Part shown: positions 39,261 to 50,800 of the stretch, piece by piece
Layout: every line of letters begins with the position of its first letter
Numbering within the stretch: the stretch's first letter is position 1
Source of the DNA: Verrucomicrobiota bacterium
GTDB lineage: Bacteria > Verrucomicrobiota > Verrucomicrobiia > Palsa-1439
Direction: 5' to 3'
Length of the DNA stretch: 64,000 nucleotides
Assembly: GCA_003152315.1 (NCBI GenBank)
Contig: PLZV01000037.1
Coordinates: forward strand, 41,679-105,678
Position numbers and translations under genes: made by a program
Notes under the pieces: generated by a model
Databases searched by the model: none
What the model was told of the DNA's origin: nothing
Seen by the model: only the letters and a program-made list of their open reading frames with translations

Positions 39261-42200
39261 ATGGAACCGAGTATCATTCTGTTGCTGCTGCTGCTGGTTG
39301 TCATCGGAGGACCCATCGCCCTGTTTGTCTGGCTCGGGACCAAAGCCTCTCGCGCGGACCGTGGCGTGCGCCAACTCGAAGCGCGTGTTGATTCCCTGCA
39401 AATTGAAGTGCGCACCTTGCGGGATGTGCTCCGGAGCTATGCAGGCGCCAGTACCGGCCCGCCTCCAGTCGCCAGCCCGCCGCCGAAACCGGTTCCGATA
39501 CCATTCGTCCCGCCGGTCCGGGTCACGCCTTTGCCGCCTCCGATGGGGGAGCGTCCGCCACAAGATGTGCCTCCAATTGTACCGGCGGTGGAAGAGACAG
39601 TCGCTGCGCCTCCACCGATTGTTCCACCGCCATCAGAGGCTCCGGCATCGGCTTGGGAGGATGTTCCTCCGATGAGTGGGCGGCCCGCGCCGCGTCCGGT
39701 GCCGGTGACCCTGCCGTCCATCAACTGGGAGCAGTTCATGGGGGTGAAGTTGTTCGCGTGGATCGGCGGGTTGGCGCTGTTCCTCGGCCTCGCGTTCTTT
39801 GTGAAGTACTCCTTCGATAATAATTGGGTCAGCCCGGAACTCCGCGTAGCCATGGGGTACTTAATTGGGGCGGGCCTTCTGGTCGGTGGCTTGGTATTGA
39901 CGGGTCGCAAGTATTCCGTCCTGGGGCAGACCTTGTGTGCAACGGGCGTGCTGGTGCTGTACGCTAACATCTTCGCTTCGCACGCCTATTACCATCTCAT
40001 TGATGTCATCCCGGCGTTCGGCCTGATGGTGCTGGTAACAGCGGTGGCCTTTCTGTTGGCGGTCCGGCTCGACGCGCAGGTGGTGGCGATTCTCGGGTTG
40101 CTGGGCGGTTTCCTGACTCCGGTACTGCTTTCGACCGGCCAGGACAATCCCCTGGGTCTTTTCGGTTATCTCGCGCTGCTCGACGCCGGCCTTATTGCCG
40201 TCGTTACGCGCAAACGGTGGAACTATCTCGTCCTACTGGCTGCGGCCGGCACGCTGTTGATGCAGATCGCATGGACCGCCAAGTTCTTTGCGGTAACGAA
40301 AGTGTTCATCGCCATGGGCGTCTTCCTTGGGTTTGAAGCGCTCTTCCTGCTGGCATTCGTGGTAACCGACCGCGACGACCTATTGATTAGCGCCTCGACG
40401 ATCGGCATGGCATTCGCCCCGCTGGCGTTCACGCTTTATCTGCTGTCGTTTGGCGAGCTGGGAGCCAAACCATGGATCATTTTCACGTTTGTGCTCGTGG
40501 CCGATCTCGGGTTGCTGACCCTGGCCGTCTTGCGGAACGAGCTGGCGCCGGCACATTTGGCGGCAGGCCTCGCGGCGTTCTTCCTGCTTTCGATCTGGAC
40601 GGTCAGTTACGTATCCGGCGCGTTGCTAAATTGGGCGCTGGGGTTCTACCTGCTGTTTGCCATCCTCCACACAGCTTTTCCCATCGTCCTGCAACGCTTG
40701 CGGCCCGGGGCCATGCCGGTGTGGTGGGGCCATTTGTTCCCGCTGCTGGCGTTGGTGCTGGTCATGATCCCGGTGATGAAACTGCCTGACCTGGGTTGGC
40801 TGGTTTGGTTGTGCGTGCTGGCACTGGATGTCGTCGTCTTCGCGCTGGCGCTCGTGACGTCGTCGGTGCTGGCAATCATCGGCGCGCTGGTGCTGACGCT
40901 CGGAGCGACGGTGGTGTGGTTGTTCAAGCTGCCGGCGGAGGTGAGCGGCGTGCCGGACCTGTTGGTCGTGATCGGCGGATTTGCGCTGGTGTTCTTTGCG
41001 GTCGGCGTCTTTGCGGCGCGACGGCTGGCGCTCAAACCAGCGGGAAGCGGGGGCGACATGCCAGAGTTCCCATCGCTGCCGTTTCTGTCCGATAACGTAC
41101 AGGCGCAGGTCCCGTCGCTCTCCGCCATTCTGCCATTTCTGCTGTTGATCATGGTGGTACTGCGGATGCCGTTGACAAATCCGTCTCCCGTGTTTGGATT
41201 GGCGATGCTGTTGGTGGTGTTGCTGTTGGGCGTGGCGCGGTGGACCGCAGCGGAATGGCTCACAGCAATTGGCCTCGTGTGCAGTGTCGCGCTGGAATAC
41301 GCGTGGCATCAACAACGATTCAAGGTGGAAGCCCCCGTCGTGCCGCTGATTTGGTATCTGGCGTTCACTGCGGTGTTCACAATCTTTCCGTTTATTTTTC
41401 GGAAGGAATTTGAAAACGTTGTCGTACCTTGGGCGGTGTCGGCGCTGGCCGGGCCGGCGCACTTCACGTTGGTGTATCGGCTGGTGAAAGCGGCCTGGCC
41501 GAACCCGATGATGGGACTGTTGCCGGCGGCATTCGCGCTGCCGCCGTTGATCGGATTGTTGGTGCTCTTGCGCGTTCAAGGGGCGCAACGCTTGGCGTTG
41601 CTGGCGTGGTTTGGCGGGGCCACGTTGTTTTTCATCACGCTGATTTTCCCAATTCAGTTCGACCGACAATGGATCACCATCGGCTGGGCCCTGGAAGGGA
41701 CGGCGTTACTCTGGCTGTTCCATCGGGTGCCGCATCCCGGGCTGCGGTTGGTGGGCGTGGGATTGTTGTGCGCGGCGTTTGCGCGGCTGGCGTTGAACCC
41801 CGCGGTGTTGGAGTATCATGTTCGCACCGCGACGCCGATCCTGAACTGGTTTCTTTATGCCTATGGCCTTACAGCCATCTGCCTCTTTATGGGGTCGCGA
41901 CTGCTCGCGCCGCCACGACAGGAGGTACTGGGTGGTAATGCCCGCGCCCTGCTCGCGACATTGGGCACCGTGCTGGCGTTCCTGCTGTTGAACATCGAAA
42001 TTGCCGACTATTTCACGGCTCAAGGGTCCCACGTATTGACCTTTGAGTTCTCCGGCAATTTCACCCGCGACATGACCTACTCGATTGCCTGGGCGTTGTT
42101 TGGGTTGGTGCTGCTGGTCTTCGGCATCGCGAAGAAAGTGCCGATGGTGCGCTACGCCAGTTTGGCTTTGATCGGCGTCACGTTACTGAAACTCTTCCTG

Positions 42201-42323
42201 CACGACCTGAGCCAACTGGGTCAACTGCAGCGGATCGGCGCGTTCGTCGGCGTGGCGGTGGTCCTGTTGGTGTCGTCGTTCCTGTATCAGCGGTTCGTGG
42301 CCGCAGAAGTGAAAGCAAAATGA
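39261..42323 (+). CDS. DUF2339-family polytopic membrane protein
   Basis: N-terminal TM, Pro-rich linker, 'WEQFMGVKLFAWIGG...FFVKYSF', many TMs, 'KLFLHDLSQL..LQRI..F'; GGAGG RBS at 39261. Confidence 0.88.
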   Translation: MEPSIILLLLLLVVIGGPIALFVWLGTKASRADRGVRQLEARVDSLQIEVRTLRDVLRSYAGASTGPPPVASPPPKPVPIPFVPPVRVTPLPPPMGERPPQDVPPIVPAVEETVAAPPPIVPPPSEAPASAWEDVPPMSGRPAPRPVPVTLPSINWEQFMGVKLFAWIGGLALFLGLAFFVKYSFDNNWVSPELRVAMGYLIGAGLLVGGLVLTGRKYSVLGQTLCATGVLVLYANIFASHAYYHLIDVIPAFGLMVLVTAVAFLLAVRLDAQVVAILGLLGGFLTPVLLSTGQDNPLGLFGYLALLDAGLIAVVTRKRWNYLVLLAAAGTLLMQIAWTAKFFAVTKVFIAMGVFLGFEALFLLAFVVTDRDDLLISASTIGMAFAPLAFTLYLLSFGELGAKPWIIFTFVLVADLGLLTLAVLRNELAPAHLAAGLAAFFLLSIWTVSYVSGALLNWALGFYLLFAILHTAFPIVLQRLRPGAMPVWWGHLFPLLALVLVMIPVMKLPDLGWLVWLCVLALDVVVFALALVTSSVLAIIGALVLTLGATVVWLFKLPAEVSGVPDLLVVIGGFALVFFAVGVFAARRLALKPAGSGGDMPEFPSLPFLSDNVQAQVPSLSAILPFLLLIMVVLRMPLTNPSPVFGLAMLLVVLLLGVARWTAAEWLTAIGLVCSVALEYAWHQQRFKVEAPVVPLIWYLAFTAVFTIFPFIFRKEFENVVVPWAVSALAGPAHFTLVYRLVKAAWPNPMMGLLPAAFALPPLIGLLVLLRVQGAQRLALLAWFGGATLFFITLIFPIQFDRQWITIGWALEGTALLWLFHRVPHPGLRLVGVGLLCAAFARLALNPAVLEYHVRTATPILNWFLYAYGLTAICLFMGSRLLAPPRQEVLGGNARALLATLGTVLAFLLLNIEIADYFTAQGSHVLTFEFSGNFTRDMTYSIAWALFGLVLLVFGIAKKVPMVRYASLALIGVTLLKLFLHDLSQLGQLQRIGAFVGVAVVLLVSSFLYQRFVAAEVKAK

Positions 42324-44359
42324 GAATACTCCTCGTTTATTTCCTGTCCACGCTCACGGTTTTCGGCGAGTTGCCGGCCGACTGGAAGAATGCGCAACAA
42401 TTCGACGTGGCGCGCACGGGATTGATCAAATTAAGTTTACCGGCCGGAACTGTTGACGCAGCGCGCCCCGGGCTGGAGGACTTGCGCATTTTCGACAGCG
42501 CGGGACGGGAGGTGCCGTACCTCATCGAGCGCCCGGTCCGGAGCACAGCGGCGGTAGTCAGCCCCAGGAAATTCAGTGTCAGCCTCAGCGGACAGGCCAC
42601 GGTCATCACGCTGGAGACCGGTTCATCGCAGACGCTCGATGCCCTCGTCCTCGAAACTCCCGCTGTCGGGTTCATCAAGGCGGTGACGGTCGAAGGCTCG
42701 AACGATCAGGACACGTGGCGACCGCTGGCCAGTGGCCAACCGATCTTTAAGCAACCGAATGGCGCCAACCAATTGCGGGTGGAGTTTCCGGAAGGTTCGT
42801 GGCCCTTCCTGCGAGTGACCGTGGACGATCGCCGCGCGGAAGCCACCCCGTTCACTGGCGCGACGCTGCACGCCGTGACCGAGGGAGCCGCACCCAGTGA
42901 GCCTTTGCCCGTCACGATCACGGATCGCACGGAAAGCGACGGCCAGACGCGGTTGACGCTTGATCTTGGCGCGGCGCATCTCACCCTGGCATCATTACGC
43001 TTTGAGACGGCTGAGCCATTGTTCACGCGTTCCGTCACGCTGGCGGTGCGGCAAGTGGCGGAGAACGCCATCACGGAACGCGAGCTGGCGCGCGACACGA
43101 TTTACCGGGTGGATATTGAAGGTTTCAAACGAGCGGAGCGGCTGGATCTGCCGCTCGATCTGGCGGTGGAAGGGCGTGAACTGTTGGTCTTGATTGACAA
43201 TGTGGACAGTCAACCGTTGCAGATTTCCGCCATGCGAGCGACACGGCGACCGGTGTTCGCCGTGTTTTTGGCGCAACAAGCCGGCCCGTACCAGGTGGTC
43301 ACCGGCAATCCGCGTTGCGCCGCGCCGCGGTACGATCTGACGGGCCTGCGCGAGACACTCGCCTCGGCGCCGAGTGTCCCGATTGCGGCGTTGTCACTCA
43401 GCGCGCTGGCGGCCAACCCGTCGTACCACCCCACCGAATCACTCCCGGAGATTCAGGATTTGGGAACTGCCCTGGACACAGCGGAGTGGGGGTATCGCAA
43501 GACCGTCAAATTGGCCCGTGCGGGGGTTCAGCAGCTTGATCTGGATCTGGATGTGTTGGCGCGCGCCGACGCAACGTTCCGCGATCTGCGATTGCTGCGC
43601 GACGGCAAACAGCGTCCGTATATTCTGGAGCGCACTTCGATTTCCCGGAAGCTCGTTCCGGAAATATCGTCGGCGAATGACCCGAAACGCCCCACAGTCA
43701 GCCGCTGGCGGATCAAGTTGCCGCACACGGATCTGCCGATCACGCGGTTGACGGCCGAATCAACGAGTACGCTGTTCCGTCGCCAGGTCACGCTCTACGA
43801 GCAGCCGGCGGACGATCGGGGCGAGAAATACGACCGTCAACTCGGCCAGGCCACCTGGGTGCGCACGCCGCCGGCGACGAGAACGCCGTTCCAACTCGAT
43901 CCACGGAACGTCGGCTTGGCTTGGGTACACACGCCGCCCGCCACGAAGGCGCCGCTGGAATTGATCGTGAACGTCCGGTCGTTGACGGACGCCTTGATTC
44001 TGGAAACGGACAACGGCGACAATCCGCCGATTGACCTAGCCAACTTTCAGTTCTTTTACCCGGTGACGCGTGTGCTCTTCAAGGCGCCGCTGGAGCCGCC
44101 AACGTACCTGTATTACGACAACCACGACGCTGGTTTCCCACAGTACGACCTCGACCTGATTGCGCCGCGATTGCTGGCGGAAGAGAAGTCGGTCGCCTCG
44201 TTAACGGCGGAGGAACCCTTGAAGAAGTCGGGAGTGGGTGAACTTTTCCAGATTTCCAGCACCAAGAACGTCATCTTCTGGGTGGCGCTCACCGTGGTGG
44301 TGCTGGTGTTGCTCGTGGTGATCGCCAAACTCCTGCCGAAGAGTCCACCAGCGAACTGA
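42320..44359 (+). CDS. DUF3999-like exported protein with C-terminal TM anchor
   Basis: Duplicated 'DLR...G.EVPY' and 'I.N.DN.PL...P.YDL' domains; coupled to DUF2339, a usual pairing. Confidence 0.75.
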   Translation: MRILLVYFLSTLTVFGELPADWKNAQQFDVARTGLIKLSLPAGTVDAARPGLEDLRIFDSAGREVPYLIERPVRSTAAVVSPRKFSVSLSGQATVITLETGSSQTLDALVLETPAVGFIKAVTVEGSNDQDTWRPLASGQPIFKQPNGANQLRVEFPEGSWPFLRVTVDDRRAEATPFTGATLHAVTEGAAPSEPLPVTITDRTESDGQTRLTLDLGAAHLTLASLRFETAEPLFTRSVTLAVRQVAENAITERELARDTIYRVDIEGFKRAERLDLPLDLAVEGRELLVLIDNVDSQPLQISAMRATRRPVFAVFLAQQAGPYQVVTGNPRCAAPRYDLTGLRETLASAPSVPIAALSLSALAANPSYHPTESLPEIQDLGTALDTAEWGYRKTVKLARAGVQQLDLDLDVLARADATFRDLRLLRDGKQRPYILERTSISRKLVPEISSANDPKRPTVSRWRIKLPHTDLPITRLTAESTSTLFRRQVTLYEQPADDRGEKYDRQLGQATWVRTPPATRTPFQLDPRNVGLAWVHTPPATKAPLELIVNVRSLTDALILETDNGDNPPIDLANFQFFYPVTRVLFKAPLEPPTYLYYDNHDAGFPQYDLDLIAPRLLAEEKSVASLTAEEPLKKSGVGELFQISSTKNVIFWVALTVVVLVLLVVIAKLLPKSPPAN

Positions 44360-44362
44360 CAG

Positions 44363-47300
44363 CTAAACCGTCGAAAACTTCGTGGCGGCTTCCCGCACCC
44401 TGCGCAAATCCAGTTTGCCGGTGCCCAGGTAGGGGAGGGTGTCGATGTGGAAGAATTGGTCGGGGCGCGGTTTCCAGAGGTTGGGGAGATCGGAGGCGGC
44501 GAGTTTTTCGAGGACGGGTTGGAGCTGGCTGTCGCCGAGAGTGTGCAGCACGACGAGGCGTTCGCCTTTCTTTTCGTCGGGCACGCCGGTGACGGCGAAG
44601 GTTTGCTCGGTGACACCCGCGAGTTCGTGGAGCTTCTCCTCGATTTTGATGTGCGGGACCATTTCGCCGCCGATTTTGCTGAAACGGGTGAGACGATCCG
44701 TGATCATCAGGAAGCCGTCCTCATCGAGCGTGGCAATGTCACCCGTGACGTACCAGCCATCGCGCAAGACCTCCGCCGTCTTCTCGGGCCTGCCGAGATA
44801 ACCCTTCATTACGTTGGGTCCACGGATCAGTAGGAGGCCGGGCTGGCCGACGGGCAACGGTTGGAATGTGTCGGGGTCGACGATGCGCACACTGATGGCG
44901 GGCAGTGGATGCCCGATTTTGCCGCGCTTGGCGCCGACCTGGCGGAAACCCGCGGCGCGAAAGTCGCGCGTATTCACCGTCACGGCCGGCGAACATTCGG
45001 TGAGGCCGTAGGCTTCCAGCGGGCGGATGCCGAATTTGTCCTCGAACGACTGCGCCACGCGGTCGGGCAATTTCTCCGCGCCCGTCATCACGAATTGCAG
45101 GCTGCCGAAGTCCTCGGGCTCGCAACCGCGGTTGTACATTTGCAGGAACGTCGGCGTCGCGAGCAGGAATGTCACCTTGTACTGCCTCACCAACGCGCCA
45201 ATGACCTTGGCGTCGAGCGGGCTGACGTGATAAACCACGCCGACGCCGAGCACGGCGGGCACGATCAGTGTTCCCGTGAATCCGAACGAGTGGAAAAACG
45301 GCAGGACGCCGAGGACGCGGTCCTGTCCGCTGAACGCGAAGGTTTGCCCCATCTGCTCGGCGTTGGAGACGATGTTGTAATGCGTGAGCATCACGCCTTT
45401 GGGATCGCCCGTGCTGCCGCTGGAGAAAATGACCGTGGCCAGGTCGTCGAGTGCGCTTCTCTTTTCGCGACCGAGCGCCCGCCCCAATAAACGGGCGGGC
45501 AACAGCCACGTCATCAACGCAGCCATCAACTTCTCGCCGAGTCGCGGTTTGTGGGCGAGTTCCTCCAGCAGGATGGTTTTGCCGGGGACGGTGACTTTCA
45601 GTTTGTCGAGAAACTCCCGCGACGTGACAACGGTTTGCAGGCCGCACTGGCGCGCGCAGGAGGCAATGACTTCGTCGTTGGCGGTGTAATTGAGGTTCAC
45701 GGGCACTTTGCCCATGAGCAACGCCGCGTAATTCACGAGCGCGCCAGCCACCGACGGCGGCATGAGAATGCCGACCATTTCCTGTCCCGCCCACACGGAG
45801 CGAAGGCGTCGGGCGAGCAGGATCGTGCGGGTGAGTGCCGGGCCAAAACACAGTTTCGGGACGCGCGCGTCGGCCATGAAGAAGCGGCGCGGATGATGCC
45901 GGGCTTTGCGCACAAACGCGCGCGGGACGGTCATCATCAATTTCTTACGGTGTTGCCAGGCATCGGTGTTGAGTTCCTGCACGCGTTGGCGCACCTCGAA
46001 CGGGGTCGAGGTGGGTGGCATCGGCTTGCCGAAACTGACGGTCACGGGATACGGAATGTAGCGGGGCACTTTCCAGAGGAAGCGTTTCTTTTCATAGCTG
46101 AAGATGCTGCCCCAGACGTGGTCGAGACAAATCGGGATGATCGGCGCATCCACGTCCTTCATGATGCGTTCGAAGCCACGGCGGAAGGGAAGCAATTGGC
46201 CAATGCGGGTGATTTGTCCCTCGGCGAAGATGCAGACGACGTCGCCGTTCTTGATCGCCTCGCTGGCTTCGCGGAGGGATTTGATCATCTCGCGCGGACG
46301 AAGATGCGATGAGATGGAGATCGCCTTCATCGCCTTGGCGAACGGCTTGACCAACCAATGATCGTAGATGTCCTTGAACATGATCGCGCGGATCATCCGG
46401 TCGGTGGAACCGATCAGCAGCAGCGCGTCGACGAACGAAACGTGATTGCAGACGAACAAGGCGCCGCCTTTTTCCGGAATGTTGTCCCGCCCCTCGACGC
46501 GCAGCCGATAGATCGAATGCGTGAACGCCCACACGAACAGGCGCAGCAGTGAATCGGGCAACAACCACACCACATACGTGGTGGCGATTAGCGTCATAAC
46601 CGCGGTCACGACGAACATGTGGTGTGGCGTGAGGTTGAGCGGCGAGGTCAGCACCCAGTACACGCCCGCCGCCGCGAAAATGCCGACAAAGGAAAGCAGG
46701 TTGCTGGCGGCGAGGACCGCGCCCCGTTGTTCCTTGCTGGGGCGGTGCTGCAGCAGCGCGGAGATCGGCACGATGAAAAAGCCGCCGAAGAATCCGAGCG
46801 CGCCGAGCAGCGGCCAGAGGGAGTGGAACGTTTGGTTGGGCCGCCCGAGAACGAAGCTGAAGGCTGTCAGGCCAAGCGCGCCGAGCGGCACCAGGCCATA
46901 CTCGATCTTGCCGCCGGACAGCCAACCCGCCGCGAAACTACCCACGCCAATACCGAGCGCGAGCGCGACAACGAGCAGGCTGGTGCTCTTTTCGGTGAGA
47001 TGCATCCGATCGCCGACATCGAACACGCCCTGGAAGACGAGTTGGCCAACAAACGAGAAATAAATGTTACCGAGGCAGGCCAGCCAGAGCACGCGATCCT
47101 GTCGCATCAACTGAATCTGCGAGAACAAGTCGCCGAGGAAGTTCCCCTTGAACTTTTGCGTCGGGGCCGCTGCGGGCACCCGCGTGATGCCGAGGCTGGT
47201 CGCCAGTCCGAGAACCGCCAGGGCGATCAGGATGAACCCGATCCAGATCAGTCGTGACTTGAATGAGTCGAATAGAAACCCGCCAGCCGCCGCTCCCAGA

Positions 47301-47770
47301 ATGATGGCGAGGAATGTGCCCAACTCCAGGATGCCGTTGCCCCACGACAGTTGTTTCTCGGGCAATAGCTCCGGCAGCGAGCCGTACTTCGAAGGCCCGA
47401 AGATGGCGCTGTGCGTGCCCATCAGGAAAATTGCGGTCATCCCCATCCAGAGATTATTCGTGAAGAAAGCGGCGGTCGCAAAGGACATGATCGCGATTTC
47501 GAAAACTTTCACGCCGATGGTGACCGTGCGTTTGCTGTAACGGTCGGCGAGGAACCCGCCCGTCATCGAAAAGAGTATGAAAGGCAGGGAGAACACACCG
47601 GTCGCGATTGGCAGCAGCGACTTGTGCCAGAAAGGCGGCAGCGCAAGGCTCAAGCCGAAAAACGTGACCACAGTCTTCAGCGCGTTATCGCTGAACGCGC
47701 CTTGAAACTGTGTGACGATCAAACTCCAGAAACCGCGCCGCCACGGTTGTTCGGAAGTGCTCGGGGTCAC
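44363..47770 (-). CDS. aas: Acyl-ACP--phospholipid O-acyltransferase / acyl-ACP synthetase with N-terminal MFS (Aas)
   Basis: MFS 'TQFQGAFSDN...FGPSKYG'; PlsC 'NHVSFVD...FAEG'; AMP-binding 'FSSGSTGDPKGV...YGLTE...GD...RFSKIGGEMV'. Confidence 0.92.
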   Translation of the reverse strand: MTPSTSEQPWRRGFWSLIVTQFQGAFSDNALKTVVTFFGLSLALPPFWHKSLLPIATGVFSLPFILFSMTGGFLADRYSKRTVTIGVKVFEIAIMSFATAAFFTNNLWMGMTAIFLMGTHSAIFGPSKYGSLPELLPEKQLSWGNGILELGTFLAIILGAAAGGFLFDSFKSRLIWIGFILIALAVLGLATSLGITRVPAAAPTQKFKGNFLGDLFSQIQLMRQDRVLWLACLGNIYFSFVGQLVFQGVFDVGDRMHLTEKSTSLLVVALALGIGVGSFAAGWLSGGKIEYGLVPLGALGLTAFSFVLGRPNQTFHSLWPLLGALGFFGGFFIVPISALLQHRPSKEQRGAVLAASNLLSFVGIFAAAGVYWVLTSPLNLTPHHMFVVTAVMTLIATTYVVWLLPDSLLRLFVWAFTHSIYRLRVEGRDNIPEKGGALFVCNHVSFVDALLLIGSTDRMIRAIMFKDIYDHWLVKPFAKAMKAISISSHLRPREMIKSLREASEAIKNGDVVCIFAEGQITRIGQLLPFRRGFERIMKDVDAPIIPICLDHVWGSIFSYEKKRFLWKVPRYIPYPVTVSFGKPMPPTSTPFEVRQRVQELNTDAWQHRKKLMMTVPRAFVRKARHHPRRFFMADARVPKLCFGPALTRTILLARRLRSVWAGQEMVGILMPPSVAGALVNYAALLMGKVPVNLNYTANDEVIASCARQCGLQTVVTSREFLDKLKVTVPGKTILLEELAHKPRLGEKLMAALMTWLLPARLLGRALGREKRSALDDLATVIFSSGSTGDPKGVMLTHYNIVSNAEQMGQTFAFSGQDRVLGVLPFFHSFGFTGTLIVPAVLGVGVVYHVSPLDAKVIGALVRQYKVTFLLATPTFLQMYNRGCEPEDFGSLQFVMTGAEKLPDRVAQSFEDKFGIRPLEAYGLTECSPAVTVNTRDFRAAGFRQVGAKRGKIGHPLPAISVRIVDPDTFQPLPVGQPGLLLIRGPNVMKGYLGRPEKTAEVLRDGWYVTGDIATLDEDGFLMITDRLTRFSKIGGEMVPHIKIEEKLHELAGVTEQTFAVTGVPDEKKGERLVVLHTLGDSQLQPVLEKLAASDLPNLWKPRPDQFFHIDTLPYLGTGKLDLRRVREAATKFSTV

Positions 47771-47882
47771 AAGCCGCGGAGTCTATCGACGACCGCCGCC
47801 CGATTCAAGCCGCCAACGAGACTTGTAGTCTTGAAACCCTTTCGCGGCGTTAGTTACCGCGAATAAGATTCGCGGCTACAAT

Positions 47883-50800
47883 TCATTGCTGTGGGACGGG
47901 TTCGAGCGGCAATTCGCCGAGATCGAGCGGCGCGTCGCTATGACCACCGGGCAGGTCAGGGATGGTGAATTCGTGGACCAGGGAGGCGATGGGTTGACGG
48001 ACGATGGCTGCGCCATTGGTGTGCGGTTCGCCCCCCAAGGTAATGTGCAATTGGTATATGCCGGGTAATACATCCTCCACCCGGAACGATCCGTCGGCGC
48101 GAACTGCAAAGGGGTAGTTGCGGGCTGCCTTGGATGCCTCGTCGTACGCTCTACCCTCGTCGGAGTTGTCCCACGTTTCCTGCCATTGTTTGCCGAAGGC
48201 GCGTTTCTGGTCGTCGGTCATCGCTTGCCAATTGTTTGGTAGCGTTGGTTGGGGCAGTTCGGGCAGTTTTGTGCGCAGTTCGCTGAAATCACACGCGGTC
48301 CAATCAACGTTCCGTTCGAACCCAGCGGGAACTACGAGCTGGCCGATCACCGGCTGTCCCGTGCCGCCGATGGTCACATGCGCGATTTGGCCGCGTTCGG
48401 TCCGGAGGTAAACGTTGTGGGTCGTGGTATAGGAACGGTCATTGATGCAAATCGATCGTCCGACAGAAACGTTACCACTGGGCACACGATCCATCACGAA
48501 GTGGCCGGTGTCGTCAGTCATGGTGTAGCCCTCGAACATAACGCTGGGACGGTCGGATTGCCGCGACCAATCGCCCCAGAGCTCAACCCTCTGTTTGACG
48601 GCAGGCCGGCTGCCGATATACATATCGCCTTCGATGCGCGCCCAAGGTTCAAGACGCAGGTCGGGGAGTACGCCGGGGTGTTCGCAGGCGGCTTGGGCGT
48701 AACCGGTGTCATGCAGCGCGGTCACCAGAAACGGCTTGTTGGTCGGGGCAAACTTGAAGCGACCTTCCGCATCGGTGCGAGTAATCCGAGGGTCGCTGCC
48801 TCCGATTGGTCGCATGGGCTTGCCGTCACCGCTCTGGTCCACGCGTCTGTTCACGACGTCGAGTGGCGGACCGGGCAGGACGAGAAGGACATCGGCGTTC
48901 GTGGCGGGTTGTCCATTCGGGGTTCGGACAACCCCTTGAATCCAGGCGGCCCGTGTGAGTTTGAAGTTGTGCACAAAAGACTCGCTATCCTGGTCGAAAG
49001 GCGGAGAAATCTCCCCAGCGTAACCCTCCGCGTCGGCTCGAAGGAAGTATAAGTATTCGCCTGGGAACGCCACGTTCCACTGGTACTGGCCACCCGAAAA
49101 GCTGTGTTGCTCGTTTTCCATCCAGTACGGCTCTTCTCCCTCTGCGAAGAATCGGCCAGGCGTGACTGTAAACGACGCGATGGGTTGTCCCGTGTCCGCA
49201 TCCGTGACCGAACCACGCGCGCTCAACGGTGGTCGGAGCGTCACCACGTTGTTCGTGGAGTTGGGAGACAGATCGAGGTCGTTCACTACTCTGTAGCCCT
49301 CCTTGAGAAAGTCGCACTGCACATTGTCGGCAGGCGCATCGGTCCATTCGAAAACGCCATTGGTGCCCGTAGTCGTGTGCCAGCTCAAGAACTGCATGGT
49401 GCGCCAGGTGTCGACGGACACATCCACGCCGGGCAGGGGATTCCCCTGCGTATCGACCACGAGACCGCGGATGACGTGGCCGGATTCGAGGCGAAAATTG
49501 AACGGCCCACTGTCGGTGCCCGCCTCAATGCTCTTCAAATCCGGAGCGAAACCGCGGGCCTGAACAAACAAAAACGTATTCCCGCTCTTCGCGTTGTTGA
49601 ATCGAAACGCTCCCGCGGGGTCCGTGGTGGTCTTGAGCGAGTCACTAATGGACCGGTGTGATCCCAGCCCGACGAACGCCCCGGCTATGGGCCGACCTTG
49701 CATATCAAACACTCCGCCGGACACGGTGAATCCCTTCTTCATCACCAGTTCCGCCGTCATGTCACGCAGCTTTTCATCCGGCAATCTGTCGTTGTCCGGA
49801 GAACCGGGGCGCCGCGTCACCACATAATCCGGGTGGCTCAGAAGAACTCCCACACCACTCAAGTCGGCTGGCGCCTGGTCAAATCGCCACCTTCCGAAAC
49901 CGTCGGTTATGGCCTGCTTGAAAAACCACTGGTCAACAAAGATCTGTCCATTCTTGCCATAGGAGTCGTCGTTCAAATACACGGAAACCTTTGCGCCCGC
50001 GATCGGTCTGCCTTGCTCATCTTGAACAACACCCCCGATGGACCCGGCAGGTTCCAGCGCGAACGTAAATTCCTCCGGTATTTGGAATCCTCTAAATTGC
50101 GCATCCCACATTACCTCCAACGGCACGAAATCATCTTTGTCTGCCGATATTGTCAGCCGCGACGGATCTTTCTCGGGAAGTTCAGTGTGAAAGCGACCGT
50201 CCTTGTCTGTGCTTCCGACAGACTTCTGGTAGTCGCGTTGCACGACGATCTGAACGCCGGCCAACGGCTGTTTTGTTCGTTGCTCCAGCACATGGATGTT
50301 GATGACGCGTTTGGACAGGGCTTCGTTTGTGGCGGTCACACTGCTGCCAACGGCCGGCGAGGACGGCGTGATGACCCGGGCCCGTGCGGCCACACCGGTC
50401 TCCGCAAGCATGGGTGGAGCCACCTCGGGCCGGGGACGGGAGACTGTGTTGACAGCCAGAATCGCTGCGGCAACGGTCGCGGCAGAAATGCCGGCAACAA
50501 GGTTCACTTTTGCCCACCGCCAGGCTCTGAGGGTCTCGCGCGCCAGTTGCGGCAGGATGGCTGCGGGAGAGGTGCTGGCGATGGAGACCTTCAACACGCT
50601 GGCAGCCAGAGTCGTGGGGGCCGCATTCACAGTTTGTTCGGCCAGGACCCCAACCAGGGCCACGCCTCCAAGGATCACACCACGTTTGGTCAGGAATCCC
50701 CGCATTTTCTCGACGGCGCGTAGGACACGTTTCTTGGCGGCTTCCTCGCTCAGGCCGAGACGTTCTCCCACTTCGCGCAACGGCTTCTTTTCATAAAACC

